This document shows, piece after piece, positions 63,413-64,000 of a stretch of DNA of 64,000 bases (its first letter is position 1; every line of letters begins with the position of its first letter). A program made the translations under genes and the position numbers. The notes below the pieces were generated by a model. The model saw only the letters and a list, made by a program, of their open reading frames with translations. It did not search any database and had not been told where the DNA came from. The stretch is from an uncultured Gemmatimonadaceae bacterium (lineage in GTDB: Bacteria; Gemmatimonadota; Gemmatimonadetes; Gemmatimonadales; Gemmatimonadaceae), in the NCBI GenBank assembly GCA_963781585.1, contig CAWAGQ010000006.1, positions 288,001 to 352,000 of the forward strand, given 5' to 3'.

Positions 63413-64000
63413 CGCCCGGGTTCTCCGGCCGCACCAACGCCGAACGGTGCGTCCCACTTCGGGAACGAGATCGGCAACGGATCGCGGGTCAGCCGATCCT
63501 GGCGCGCCGAGAGCCCGAGCTCGCCGAGCTGTATCGCCGCGGCCGCCTTGCACACGAACAGGATGAGATCCATGCCCGGACAGGCGCGCGGTCCCCGCAG
63601 GAACAGGTTCGACGCCGCCGCGGCGGCGTCGCGCGGCGCGACAAGCCACCGCTCCGGATGAAACCCGTGGACATTCGGCCCGAGGCGATCGTCGCGCTGC
63701 AGCAGCGGGAAGTAGTGCACGATCTCGCGACCAGCGGGTCCCGCATGAAACGTCCGGGTGACCGGCGGGAAGAGGCGTCCCGTCTCCAGGAGGCACGCCT
63801 CGAGATAGACGAGCCGCGCGACGGTCCCGGCGCGATCGGCCGGACCGGCGCTCCGAAATTCCTCGAGTACGCGCGCGTGCACGCCGGGGCGCGAGGTCAC
63901 CATGGCGAGTGTTCGTGCGAGCAGGTCGGTGCCCGAGCCCGTGAACGTGAACATCCAGTGCGGGATCTGTTGCAGGAGCAGGTTGCGATCGGCGTCCGGC
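63409..64000 (-). CDS. Cytochrome P450 (C-terminal part; 5' end beyond the window)
   Basis: ETGR (ExxR), FHPERW, FLRGPRACPG heme-Cys motif; frame open to the window edge. Confidence 0.9.
   Translation of the reverse strand, partial: PDADRNLLLQQIPHWMFTFTGSGTDLLARTLAMVTSRPGVHARVLEEFRSAGPADRAGTVARLVYLEACLLETGRLFPPVTRTFHAGPAGREIVHYFPLLQRDDRLGPNVHGFHPERWLVAPRDAAAAASNLFLRGPRACPGMDLILFVCKAAAAIQLGELGLSARQDRLTRDPLPISFPKWDAPFGVGAAGEPGR

Overview
High-GC (roughly 69% by eye) bacterial genomic window. The gene repertoire (three eukaryotic-type Ser/Thr kinases with TolB/TPR or beta-propeller tails, an ADOP-type duplicated permease, a tricorn protease and a VPS10/BNR hydrolase) suggests a Gemmatimonadota/Acidobacteriota-like organism (inference). 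Left to right: a GYD protein; an acyltransferase; a GxxExxY nuclease-like gene embedded in 9-bp-period CGGAT repeats with an inverted copy downstream; a surface-glycan operon (GT4s, MsbA-like ABC exporter, deacetylase fusion); an outer-membrane protein; a type II restriction-modification pair beside a MutS-domain ATPase; a frameshifted flavin amine oxidase; kinases; a protein-glutaminase-like enzyme; an Xre/RES toxin-antitoxin pair followed by a UDG-fold-like unknown; a TetR-LolA-like-ABC operon; a tricorn protease; a VPS10 hydrolase; and, at the right edge, a translationally coupled multi-heme operon (atypical P450, catalase-like protein lacking the distal His, duplicated-domain unknown, DyP peroxidase, GH13). 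A non-palindromic octamer, GCCTAACG/CGTTAGGC, is strongly over-represented across the window and usually forces a rare TTA-GGN (Leu-Gly) codon pair inside genes. Four frameshifts sit in homopolymer runs and are probably sequencing errors. No rRNA, tRNA, CRISPR array or transposase was recognised. All product calls come from motif recognition by eye, not from database searches.
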